Source: Elusimicrobiota bacterium
GTDB taxonomy: Bacteria; Elusimicrobiota; Elusimicrobia; 2-02-FULL-39-32
Length of the DNA stretch: 64,000 nucleotides
Assembly: GCA_016180425.1 (NCBI GenBank)
Contig: JACPBF010000001.1
Span: 76,744-140,743, forward strand
Reading direction: 5' to 3'
In this document: positions 46,583 to 55,555 of the stretch, piece by piece
Layout: the number at the start of each line of letters is the position of its first letter
Position numbering within the stretch: the first letter of the stretch is position 1
Notes under the pieces: generated by a model
The model's input: only the letters and a program-made list of their open reading frames with translations
What the model was told of the DNA's origin: nothing
The model's database searches: none
Made by a program: the position numbers and the translations under genes

Positions 46583-47855
46583 AGATTTAAATAGCTGTAT
46601 CAATTTTAAAAAAAGGGGTTCTGAGTTGAATATCCGTCTCTTCATTCCAATTTTATTTGTATGTTTGTTCTTCCTTACCTTATATACATACAGTTTTAAT
46701 ACTTTTAATATGGCCGGGCTCAAAATTGCAGGGTGGGATTATCTTCTAATCATATTGATTCCGCTTTGGCACTTGTACTTCAAAAACAAAAAAATTTCTA
46801 TGACTAAACGTTCCTTTGTTTCAATTTTTATTGTATTGCTCTTTTCCATATGGATAGGAATTGAAGCCTTTAGATCTATTCAACCTGTTAGAGGCTTAAC
46901 CCTGTTTCTGATGATGATCAGGAACCTATTGATATTTGTAATGGCTGGCTCATTAATAGAATCCTTTGAAAACATGGAACTTCTTAATTTCTTTCTCTTT
47001 CTCTTTGGCGCGCTATTTGCTGTAATCAATTTGCTATTTTTTTTGGTTCCACTTCATGACTATGATGCAATTCGATCAAATCAACAACTTGTGATCCCGG
47101 GAGCAGTTTACATGGTACACAAAAATGTTCTCCGTTTGGTCGGATTTGCAAGAGATCCTAATTTCTATTCTCTCTGGATCTCTATTCCATTTTTTGCCGG
47201 ATTCACCTTAAAACGCCGCCACTGGATTAAGTGGACCGGCATTACTCTCATAGGCCTGACGATTCTCCTCGCCGCATCCAGAAGCTTCCTGATAGGATTT
47301 TGTTTCTCAATGATCCTGATCATCCTTCTAAAAATAATAGCCCATAGTGGATTTTCTTTTTTCTATGAACGGAGTCACCCCTATATTAAAACGATTCTGT
47401 CTGTTATTTCCCTGGCTGCACTTTTTGAATGGTTCCGGTTGTTAAAACTGGGAGATTCGATTCCAATGATCAGCCAACGTTTTAATACAGAATTTTTCTA
47501 CACCCGACTCTTGGCATGGAAAACATTGCTAGAGGACGGGCATGGTAGCTTTTTTTTAGGCACAGGATTACGCGGCACAGAATGGATTCTTAATGATTTT
47601 TACTCTCATAATTCTTATCTTGATATCCAAATAGAACTGGGGCTGATTGGTCTATTACTCTGGATAGGTTTAACTATTTTTGCAACTATTCAAGGAATAC
47701 GAAAACTAAAGGTAGATGCCTATCTGCCATGGATACAATGTTGGTTTATTCTTTTAACCATGCTTTTCACTTTTTCTTTGACATATCACCCATTTTACTG
47801 GTTGTTATGTACCATCCTCATTTCTCCTATAAAGGGGAAGAATGAACCAGCTTAA
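46527..47855 (+). CDS. O-antigen polymerase/ligase family membrane protein (Wzy_C domain)
   Basis: Polytopic; ...LAASRSFLIGF... and ...GTGLRGTEW...NSYL... are typical Wzy_C segments. True start probably downstream of the track start (e.g. ATG 46563 or TTG 46626). Confidence 0.65.
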   Translation: MRPLRSNTLKRIMGDYGIKDLNSCINFKKRGSELNIRLFIPILFVCLFFLTLYTYSFNTFNMAGLKIAGWDYLLIILIPLWHLYFKNKKISMTKRSFVSIFIVLLFSIWIGIEAFRSIQPVRGLTLFLMMIRNLLIFVMAGSLIESFENMELLNFFLFLFGALFAVINLLFFLVPLHDYDAIRSNQQLVIPGAVYMVHKNVLRLVGFARDPNFYSLWISIPFFAGFTLKRRHWIKWTGITLIGLTILLAASRSFLIGFCFSMILIILLKIIAHSGFSFFYERSHPYIKTILSVISLAALFEWFRLLKLGDSIPMISQRFNTEFFYTRLLAWKTLLEDGHGSFFLGTGLRGTEWILNDFYSHNSYLDIQIELGLIGLLLWIGLTIFATIQGIRKLKVDAYLPWIQCWFILLTMLFTFSLTYHPFYWLLCTILISPIKGKNEPA

Positions 47856-49041
47856 CCCCAAGAAAATTCTGATCCTTTACTCGCGTTTGCCATGGCCTTT
47901 AATTAGCGGAGACAGAATGAGAGTCTATTATATGAGCAAAATCCTGGCCAAAAAATACAAGGTTGATTTAGTCTGTATCAGCGAGGGTAACGGAAAGACT
48001 GATATCCCACCAACTTTAAAAGAACTATTCAACCATATTCAAATATTCTATTTTTCCAAGGCAAGATCAAGTTTAAATGCGGCTTTGGGGCTGTTCTCGA
48101 ATAAACCTTTACAAGTACATTATTATTATTTTAAACCTATCCAAAATTGGATCAATCTAAATTATAAAAATTATGCATGGATCTTTTGCAATCATATTCG
48201 CATGAGCGATTACGTAAAAAGAACCCCAATTAAAAAAATTATTGATTTTCACGATGCGTTATCCGAGAATTATTCCCAGGCCCGGTATTACTCAAGCGGG
48301 CTTTGGAAGCATATTTACCGCATTGAAAAGAATAGAGTCGCGAAATACGAATCTGAAATGCTAGAACGATTTGATCTTGGCATTGTAACTTCCCAATCAG
48401 ACAAAAATGCCCTGGAAAAAATTGACAAAAACCACCTTAGGAAAATTGACGTGATTCCCATGGGCATAAAGGAAGAGTTAGTCCATAGAAACCAGGTTGT
48501 AGCAGAGGAAAATCTAATTAGTTTTCTTGGAAAATTAGATTACCCACCCAATGAAGACGCTGTTCTTTTTTTCGCCAAACAGGTATTCCCTCTGATAAAA
48601 AAAAATCTAGAGTCTATTGGGTTTTATATTTTAGGCTATTCGCCTACAAGAAAAATTCTCTCGTTAGGAAAAGAGGTTGGTATTAAAATCATCGGATATT
48701 CGGAGGATCCATATACTTACATAGAAAAATCAAAAATAGTGGTCGCACCAGTACGTTATGGGACTGGAATACAAAATAAAATCCTGGAAAGCATGTGTTT
48801 AGGAAAAACAGTCATCACAACACCCATTGGAGCTTCTGGAATACCAAACGCAATCAATGGAGAACACTTAATCATTAATGATTTTCAGAATCCAGAGACA
48901 GCCTCAAAACAGATAATTAATCTTATTATCCAAAAAGAGATGCGAGATCAAATTGGAAAAAATGCAAGGAAACTAATACTTGAAAATTATACCTGGGAAC
49001 TGATTGGCAATCGTCTTCTTTCCTTACTAAATGAGCCATGA
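47842..49041 (+). CDS. GT4 family glycosyltransferase
   Basis: 399 aa; GT-B fold; C-terminal E-x7-E-like region ...GIQNKILESMCLGKTVITT. Confidence 0.75.
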   Translation: MNQLNPKKILILYSRLPWPLISGDRMRVYYMSKILAKKYKVDLVCISEGNGKTDIPPTLKELFNHIQIFYFSKARSSLNAALGLFSNKPLQVHYYYFKPIQNWINLNYKNYAWIFCNHIRMSDYVKRTPIKKIIDFHDALSENYSQARYYSSGLWKHIYRIEKNRVAKYESEMLERFDLGIVTSQSDKNALEKIDKNHLRKIDVIPMGIKEELVHRNQVVAEENLISFLGKLDYPPNEDAVLFFAKQVFPLIKKNLESIGFYILGYSPTRKILSLGKEVGIKIIGYSEDPYTYIEKSKIVVAPVRYGTGIQNKILESMCLGKTVITTPIGASGIPNAINGEHLIINDFQNPETASKQIINLIIQKEMRDQIGKNARKLILENYTWELIGNRLLSLLNEP

Positions 49042-50588
49042 AAATTCTATTTATTTTCTACAATATCGGCAGTAGTTTTAGCTTCCACCCCGGCATTCAA
49101 ATGCTCTCCTCCATTGCCAAAAAAAATGGCCATCAAACGAAATTGCTTCACCTGCACGAATCCCATGGCCTCCCCGCTCAACCGGGGGCCTTAAAAACTT
49201 TAATTGAACGTTTTATTCCTGATGTCATCGCATTCACAGCTACTGATTTTGAGTACCTAAAGATTGAAAAATTAGCCGGGAATTTAAAAAAATTCTATCC
49301 GAAAAAGTTCTTTATTCTTGGAGGAAAATCCGCAATCCTTTATAAAGATTTAATTCAATCCCCTTTTGATGCCTTTTGCGTAGGGGAAGCAGAAATTGAA
49401 TTTCCTGAGCTTTTGAAAAAAATTGAAGAAGGAAAAGACTATACCAATGTTAAATCTTTTCACTTTATAAAAGATGGAAAACTTATCAAAAACAGCCTTG
49501 GTGAAATCGTAACTGATTTAGACAGTCTTCCCTGGGCCGATTATGAACTATTTGATACTCCCCTTTTATTAAGAATTAAAAATTATATACTCTCTGTCCA
49601 ATTTACCCGAGGATGTCCTTACAACTGCACTTATTGTTTTGTAACTAGTGATAAAAAGACTTTATTTCAACCCAAAGAAGGTTATGGGATGAAAAATTAC
49701 CTCCGCAAACGCTCTGTGCCTTCTGCAATTGATGAACTGGAAAGTCTCTGTAACCAATATGGAAAAGAACTTAATGCCTTTAACCTGGATGATGAACTGC
49801 CGTTGGTCTATAAAGATTGGATGAAAGAATTCTGCCGGCTTTATCAAGAAAGGATTTATAATAAATATAGGGTAGAATATATCCTCAATGGCAGGATTGA
49901 CCTTATGACAGAAGAACTAATAAAAACTCTTACAGAGAGCGGTTGCAGAGAAGTCCGTTTAGGTCTTGAATCCGGAAATTACAGAATCAGAAAGGAGATA
50001 TTAGATAAACCGATCACAGATGAGAACATAAGGGATGTATTCAGGCTGTGTGACCAATATTCCTTAAGGGTTTCTGCTTTTACTATGATTGGCATGCCTA
50101 CGGAAAGCGAAGAGACTATTTGGGATACCTTACGGATGACTTCTGAAATTAAACCCTATCTAGTCCGATTGACTTTCTGTTATCCTTTTGAAAATACGCG
50201 CCTTTGGGACTATGTTCTAAGAAATAATCTCCTGCGAAAAGAACGATACCTAAAACAATCCGGCTATTTTGAGGAAACCGTCCTCTCCTTTGATCAAGAA
50301 TTTGAGCAAAAGCTCATGGCGTACAGATTTCTATTCCCATGGTACGTCAATAAAATCCTGATTCAGAGTAGGTGTCTCCAAAAAGCGTATGAAGAGGCAC
50401 TAAAAAAATATGAGCATAAAAGTTTTAGAGACAAGGCGGTGCGGGAGGCAATCTTAAGCGATGACAAAGCCTTAAGCGCCCTCTGTGACCAAAACAAAGG
50501 AACTGAACATTATTGCTATTTTGAAAAAAACGCATATTACTTTCATTGCAAAAACAAAAGAGTTCCGCGGACAAAAAACAATGATTAA
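49038..50588 (+). CDS. B12-binding domain / radical SAM enzyme (class B, putative methyltransferase)
   Basis: 516 aa; N-terminal cobalamin-binding-like domain, canonical FTRGCPYNCTYCF (Cx3Cx2C). Start overlaps the GT4 stop (ATGA). Confidence 0.8.
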   Translation: MKILFIFYNIGSSFSFHPGIQMLSSIAKKNGHQTKLLHLHESHGLPAQPGALKTLIERFIPDVIAFTATDFEYLKIEKLAGNLKKFYPKKFFILGGKSAILYKDLIQSPFDAFCVGEAEIEFPELLKKIEEGKDYTNVKSFHFIKDGKLIKNSLGEIVTDLDSLPWADYELFDTPLLLRIKNYILSVQFTRGCPYNCTYCFVTSDKKTLFQPKEGYGMKNYLRKRSVPSAIDELESLCNQYGKELNAFNLDDELPLVYKDWMKEFCRLYQERIYNKYRVEYILNGRIDLMTEELIKTLTESGCREVRLGLESGNYRIRKEILDKPITDENIRDVFRLCDQYSLRVSAFTMIGMPTESEETIWDTLRMTSEIKPYLVRLTFCYPFENTRLWDYVLRNNLLRKERYLKQSGYFEETVLSFDQEFEQKLMAYRFLFPWYVNKILIQSRCLQKAYEEALKKYEHKSFRDKAVREAILSDDKALSALCDQNKGTEHYCYFEKNAYYFHCKNKRVPRTKNND

Positions 50589-50600
50589 AACTCTCATCTC

Positions 50601-51533
50601 ATGCGAATTTTAATCACCGGCTGTGCCGGTTTTATTGGGAATAGCTTTGCACGACTTCTGTTGCAGAAAGGGCACACCATCACAGGTATTGATAATTTTC
50701 TACTGGGCTCCAAAGGTTCAATTTCAGATATCTTGAAACACCCCCGCTTCAAATTCATTAAAGCAGATTTACTTGAGCCAAAAAAAATCAATGGGCATTT
50801 TCAAAAACAAGAGCTTGTCATCCATCTAGCTGCTAACTCTGATATTAAAAAAAGTCTTAAAGAAAGGGACCTTGATCTTAAATTAAATCTTCTAACAACG
50901 TTTAACGTGCTTGAAGCTATGAGAAAAAACAATGTTAAAAAAATAATTTTTTCTTCCTCATCCACTATCTATGGAATTCCAAACACAGCGCCGACAAAGG
51001 AAGGCGATGGGCCTTTCCTTCCCATCTCCCTTTATGGAGCCACTAAACTTGCCTGCGAAGGAATGATTGCAGCATTCTCTCATCTATTTCATATCCAGGG
51101 CTGGATATTCCGATTAGGGAATGTGGTCGGAAAGAGGTTGACCCACGGCGTAATTTACGATTTTATAAAAAAACTAAAGAAAAACGATAGGCTGTTGAAA
51201 GTATTGGGAAACGGCCAACAAAAAAAATCCTACTTCTATCTAGAAGATTGTTTGGAAGGGGTATGGTTCGGTTTTAACAAATCGCGAAAAAAAATGAATC
51301 TTTTTAATTTAAGTTCTCCTGATAACATGAGGGTTAAGGAGATTGCTGAATTGACAGTAAAACATTTTGGCTCAAAGCATACTAAGATATCCTTTCAAAA
51401 ACAAAAAGAAGGCTGGAAGGGAGACGTCACAGAAGTATTTCTCAGTGTCAACAAAATAAAAAAACTAGGGTGGAAGGCGAAATATAAATCAAGGCAGGCT
51501 GTGGAAATGTGTTTAAACGATTTATGCAAGTAG
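50601..51533 (+). CDS. NAD-dependent sugar epimerase/dehydratase (SDR family)
   Basis: 310 aa; ILITGCAGFIGNS Rossmann motif and YGATK catalytic Tyr-x3-Lys. Confidence 0.8.
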   Translation: MRILITGCAGFIGNSFARLLLQKGHTITGIDNFLLGSKGSISDILKHPRFKFIKADLLEPKKINGHFQKQELVIHLAANSDIKKSLKERDLDLKLNLLTTFNVLEAMRKNNVKKIIFSSSSTIYGIPNTAPTKEGDGPFLPISLYGATKLACEGMIAAFSHLFHIQGWIFRLGNVVGKRLTHGVIYDFIKKLKKNDRLLKVLGNGQQKKSYFYLEDCLEGVWFGFNKSRKKMNLFNLSSPDNMRVKEIAELTVKHFGSKHTKISFQKQKEGWKGDVTEVFLSVNKIKKLGWKAKYKSRQAVEMCLNDLCK

Positions 51534-52216
51534 TCATTTTATGCGGGGGAAGGGGAAAACGTTTGCGCCAGATGACAAAACGAACTCCCAAATCGCTCAT
51601 TCTAATTAAAAGAAAACCATTTTTAGAGTATGTGATTGAATTTTTAAAAGATCAGGGGTTTAAAAATTATATGTTTTTAACCGGTTACATGGGAAGCAAA
51701 ATCAAAAAATATTTTTCCAATGGCAGACACTGGGATATCAAGATAAGATACAGCCAGGAAAGATTGCCCTTAGGGACCGCCGGCGCCCTGAAAAAAGCAA
51801 AGGATTTATTGGACCAAGAATTCCTATTATTGTATGGAGATTCTATATTGAAAATAAACTACCTTTCCTTGATTAACGATTTCAAAAAGAATCGTTCTCT
51901 TTTAGAATTGGCGATTTACAAAGACCAGAAGAAACTCACTTACGTACCCTCTAACATCTGTTGGAATAAAAAAACCCACAAGATACTAACCTATTCTAAA
52001 GCCAACCATTCCCGATGTGATTATGTGGATGCCGGTGCCATGGTGGTCTCTAAAAAAATAATTTCTCTATTTCCGGATCAAACTATTTCCCTAGAAAACG
52101 AAATATTTCCGATTTTGATTAAAAAAGGAATGTTGAGGGGCTTTAAGGTTCCTGTACCATTTTACGATATTGGAACCCCGGAAAGACTCCAGTCTTTCCG
52201 GAAAATTGCAGAATGA
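51524..52216 (+). CDS. sugar-1-phosphate nucleotidyltransferase
   Basis: VILCGGRGKRL... G-rich pyrophosphorylase motif. ATG 51524 preferred; the track start 51509 is also in frame. Confidence 0.75.
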   Translation: MQVVILCGGRGKRLRQMTKRTPKSLILIKRKPFLEYVIEFLKDQGFKNYMFLTGYMGSKIKKYFSNGRHWDIKIRYSQERLPLGTAGALKKAKDLLDQEFLLLYGDSILKINYLSLINDFKKNRSLLELAIYKDQKKLTYVPSNICWNKKTHKILTYSKANHSRCDYVDAGAMVVSKKIISLFPDQTISLENEIFPILIKKGMLRGFKVPVPFYDIGTPERLQSFRKIAE

Positions 52217-52268
52217 TTGTCTCTAAAACCCCTCTTAGAATAAGCTTTGCAGGCGGTGGCACATAAGC

Positions 52269-53627
52269 ATGCGAAAAAAAATTACGATATCACTCCTTAT
52301 TGGTACTGACATTATTTTGATGTATCTAGCACTTAGTTTGAGTTTATGGATCAGAAACGGAATGATCTTTCAATTTCAATATTTAAAAAATATAGCTTTT
52401 CATTTTTCAATAATTTACTGCTGCTGGATCTTATATCTGTATCTATTGGATGGTTATGAAATTCCAACCATCATAAAAAAAATTCAACTAATCTCCAACC
52501 TCACTATTTTTTTATGCCTGGCAAATCTCACGGGTATCGCCTACTTTTATTTGTATGCTTCAGCTAGAATTACTCCCAAAACAATACTATTTTTAAATAG
52601 TTTTTCGTTCTGCATTTTTTTGGCACTATTCCGTTACGGCGTCTATTTTTTATCCAAAAATTTTAAGGAAAAAATTATATATATCGGACTGGACAAAAAT
52701 CTGCTTGAACTGCCTTTAGAAACTATTTCAAAAACCGGCTACGAGATAGTTACAGTTTTTAATCCGGATCAAATTAAAACCGCTGAATTAGAAGAGTGGC
52801 TTACAAAAATACCAACATTGACCGCTGACATCTCAAAATTAAAAGCGCAAATTGAAAAGGAACATATCCATATCGTTGTCCTCGCGCCTAAGATAAGAGA
52901 GTGCCCAGAAATGGTTCAAAAAATTTATAGTGACCTGCCTCCCTGCCTTCACTATATCAGCTTCGATCATTTTTATGAAACCCTTACTAAAAAAATATTG
53001 TTGAGTTCTATCAATAAAATTTGGTTTTTAGAAAATATCTCGAGCCATAAAGAAAAATTTCCGGCCTTTATTAAACGGAGTATGGATATACTACTTGCGT
53101 CTTTGGGATTAGTGGTTACTATTGTTCTACTACCCTTGATTGCACTATCAATAAAAATGAACAGCAGAGGAACTATTTTTTATTCACAAAAACGAATTGG
53201 CAAAGATAGCAAGGTATTTATATTACATAAATTCCGAACGATGCGATTCAATGCAGAGGAAAACGGGCCACAATGGACAATCCCTAATGATTCTCGTGTT
53301 ACAATAGTTGGTAAAGTCTTACGAAAGTTTTATCTAGATGAACTTCCACAATTCTTTAACGTTTTAAAAGGGGATTTATCTATGGTAGGTCCAAGGCCGG
53401 AAAGACCGGAGTTTGTGGAACAACTTAAAAACAAAATCGCTTTTTATGAAATCCGCCATCTGGCAAAACCAGGACTCACAGGCTGGGCGCAAGTAAACTA
53501 CCCTGCTTCCAGCACTATTGAAGAAACAAAGGAAAAGTTCTGTTATGACCTCTATTATCTCAAAAACCGATCCCTACTTCTGGATATCAATATTTTACTA
53601 AAAACATTCCAGACAATATTATCATAG
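52269..53627 (+). CDS. undecaprenyl-phosphate sugar phosphotransferase (initiating PGT; WbaP/WcaJ/PglC family)
   Basis: 452 aa; N-terminal TM block and C-terminal bacterial sugar transferase domain (...KFRTM..., DELPQFFNVLKGDLSMVGPRPERPEF). Confidence 0.85.
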   Translation: MRKKITISLLIGTDIILMYLALSLSLWIRNGMIFQFQYLKNIAFHFSIIYCCWILYLYLLDGYEIPTIIKKIQLISNLTIFLCLANLTGIAYFYLYASARITPKTILFLNSFSFCIFLALFRYGVYFLSKNFKEKIIYIGLDKNLLELPLETISKTGYEIVTVFNPDQIKTAELEEWLTKIPTLTADISKLKAQIEKEHIHIVVLAPKIRECPEMVQKIYSDLPPCLHYISFDHFYETLTKKILLSSINKIWFLENISSHKEKFPAFIKRSMDILLASLGLVVTIVLLPLIALSIKMNSRGTIFYSQKRIGKDSKVFILHKFRTMRFNAEENGPQWTIPNDSRVTIVGKVLRKFYLDELPQFFNVLKGDLSMVGPRPERPEFVEQLKNKIAFYEIRHLAKPGLTGWAQVNYPASSTIEETKEKFCYDLYYLKNRSLLLDINILLKTFQTILS

Positions 53628-53630
53628 AGT

Positions 53631-55541
53631 ATGCGCCTGAAGATGTCTCAAAAACAGGAAAATTTTCTATTGTCAGCCATTAAGCTCAATGCAGCTCTCA
53701 TCTTAATTTGCCCTCTGATCATTACTAAATCTGTTTTTTTTCCTTTTACCTTTCCAAAGGTAATTTTCTTTAGAATTTTTTCTGAAATCTCCCTTGCCAT
53801 CTGGCTATTATTACTAATCCAAAAAGGAAAAAACTGGATCAAATGGAAACATCCCATCCTTTTAAGCCTTGGCATTTTCATGCTAACCATGCTCCTTAGC
53901 ATCTGGTCTAGTGTTGATATATTTCAATCGTTTTGGTCCAGTCAAGAACGGATGACAGGAATTTTAACATTTATGCATTTATGGGCATGGACCATGACTC
54001 TTACTTCATTGATGGAATGGAAAGATTGGAAAAGACTGTTTTTAGCTTCCATCTTAGTATGTTTAGCTGTAGAATTCATTGGTCTGGAAGAATTTAAGGG
54101 GATTTTTAATCTAGGCGCTCCCAAAAGTATGCGCATCTTTTCAACTTTGGGAAATCCGATTTATCTTAGCGTTTACTCTGTCTTAAATCTTTTCTTAGCG
54201 CTTTTTATTGCCTTTAGAGAAAATAAGCCGGGTTGGTACTTATTTTCAATTCTGTTTTCTACTTTAAATCTATCTATTGCTGCTTTAACAGGGTCTAGGA
54301 GTGTTATTTTAGCAATCATTGCTTCCATAACTGTGTCTCTTCTCGTCTTTTTGCTCGTCTTAAAATCAAAAAGAATAAAGATAGCTATCTTAAGTATTCT
54401 CATTTTATCCCTCTCCTCAGCCCTGTTTCTTTTTCTATGGCTCAATACGCAAAAAGGACAAAAATGGGCATATACAACTCTTCCTGACCCAATATTAAGA
54501 ATTATTTATAAGAAGACTAGTACGGATCGTTTTATTTTATGGCAAATAGGTTTAAATGGATTTAAAAAGAAGCCGATTTTGGGCTGGGGGTGGGAAAATT
54601 TTAATCTCATTTACCATAAATACTATGACCCTGATTTTAGAAAAAATCTAATAGAATCGTGGTATGACCGCTCTCATAACCAATTGATAGATATTCTAGC
54701 CTTGAACGGAATTATAGGATTTTTGGCATATGCTGCATTTTGGATAACGCTTCTATTCAATCTAATCAAAAAATTAAAGGATGAGGTGGATTACAAAAAA
54801 CAATGTTCCATTCTCACGCTTATTTCAATGTTTACCTTTTACTTTATTCAAAACCTGTTTGTTTTTGATTCACCTGCGACCCTGATCATTTTTTACTTTT
54901 CTATAGGACTTGTTTATTTCATTTTGAATGAAAAAAAATCTGAAATAAATAAAAAAGAATTAAGGCCTCATCGTCAGCAATTAAATTTAAGCGACCCAGC
55001 CTCAAAAGTTACATACCCAATCACATGTGCCCTGCTGGTCGCGCTTTTCATTCCTTGTATCTATTATTTCAATGTCCTGCCGTTCATCAAAAACAAGCTG
55101 GGGTTAAAAGCATATAAAACGACCTTCTCCAACTTTAATGACGGCATTGAACTCTTTAAAGAATCCCTGAACAGTTCTTCATTCACTAATCCTAAAATAA
55201 GAAATGAATTGGTAAAATGCGTTCTTTTAAATTTTAGTAACCCTAAAATATCTGGGGTTGATTTGAAAAAAGGGATTGATTTTGCGCTTCAGGAATCCAA
55301 CAGAAATGTTGAAGAGCACCCTTATGATATCAGCTATTATCTGGCAAGTGCTATTCTCTATCGAGTAGCTCATTCCTATGATCTAACCTACCTCGATAAA
55401 GCGGAGGAGTTAATGAAACAGGCAGAGCGCATTTCACCCAAACGGCCTGAAATTCAGGATGAAATAATAGAAGTTGCAAGACTTAAGGCGCTCTACAAAA
55501 AACAACAGGAGCTTCAATCTTTCCTTGAAAAAAAAGGATGA
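53631..55541 (+). CDS. O-antigen ligase-like membrane protein (Wzy_C domain) with C-terminal soluble extension
   Basis: 636 aa; ...LTGSRSVILAIIAS... and ...PILGWGWENF... Wzy_C segments; a ~190 aa hydrophilic, partly TPR-like C-terminus. Confidence 0.65.
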   Translation: MRLKMSQKQENFLLSAIKLNAALILICPLIITKSVFFPFTFPKVIFFRIFSEISLAIWLLLLIQKGKNWIKWKHPILLSLGIFMLTMLLSIWSSVDIFQSFWSSQERMTGILTFMHLWAWTMTLTSLMEWKDWKRLFLASILVCLAVEFIGLEEFKGIFNLGAPKSMRIFSTLGNPIYLSVYSVLNLFLALFIAFRENKPGWYLFSILFSTLNLSIAALTGSRSVILAIIASITVSLLVFLLVLKSKRIKIAILSILILSLSSALFLFLWLNTQKGQKWAYTTLPDPILRIIYKKTSTDRFILWQIGLNGFKKKPILGWGWENFNLIYHKYYDPDFRKNLIESWYDRSHNQLIDILALNGIIGFLAYAAFWITLLFNLIKKLKDEVDYKKQCSILTLISMFTFYFIQNLFVFDSPATLIIFYFSIGLVYFILNEKKSEINKKELRPHRQQLNLSDPASKVTYPITCALLVALFIPCIYYFNVLPFIKNKLGLKAYKTTFSNFNDGIELFKESLNSSSFTNPKIRNELVKCVLLNFSNPKISGVDLKKGIDFALQESNRNVEEHPYDISYYLASAILYRVAHSYDLTYLDKAEELMKQAERISPKRPEIQDEIIEVARLKALYKKQQELQSFLEKKG

Positions 55542-55555
55542 ATCGTATATCATAG

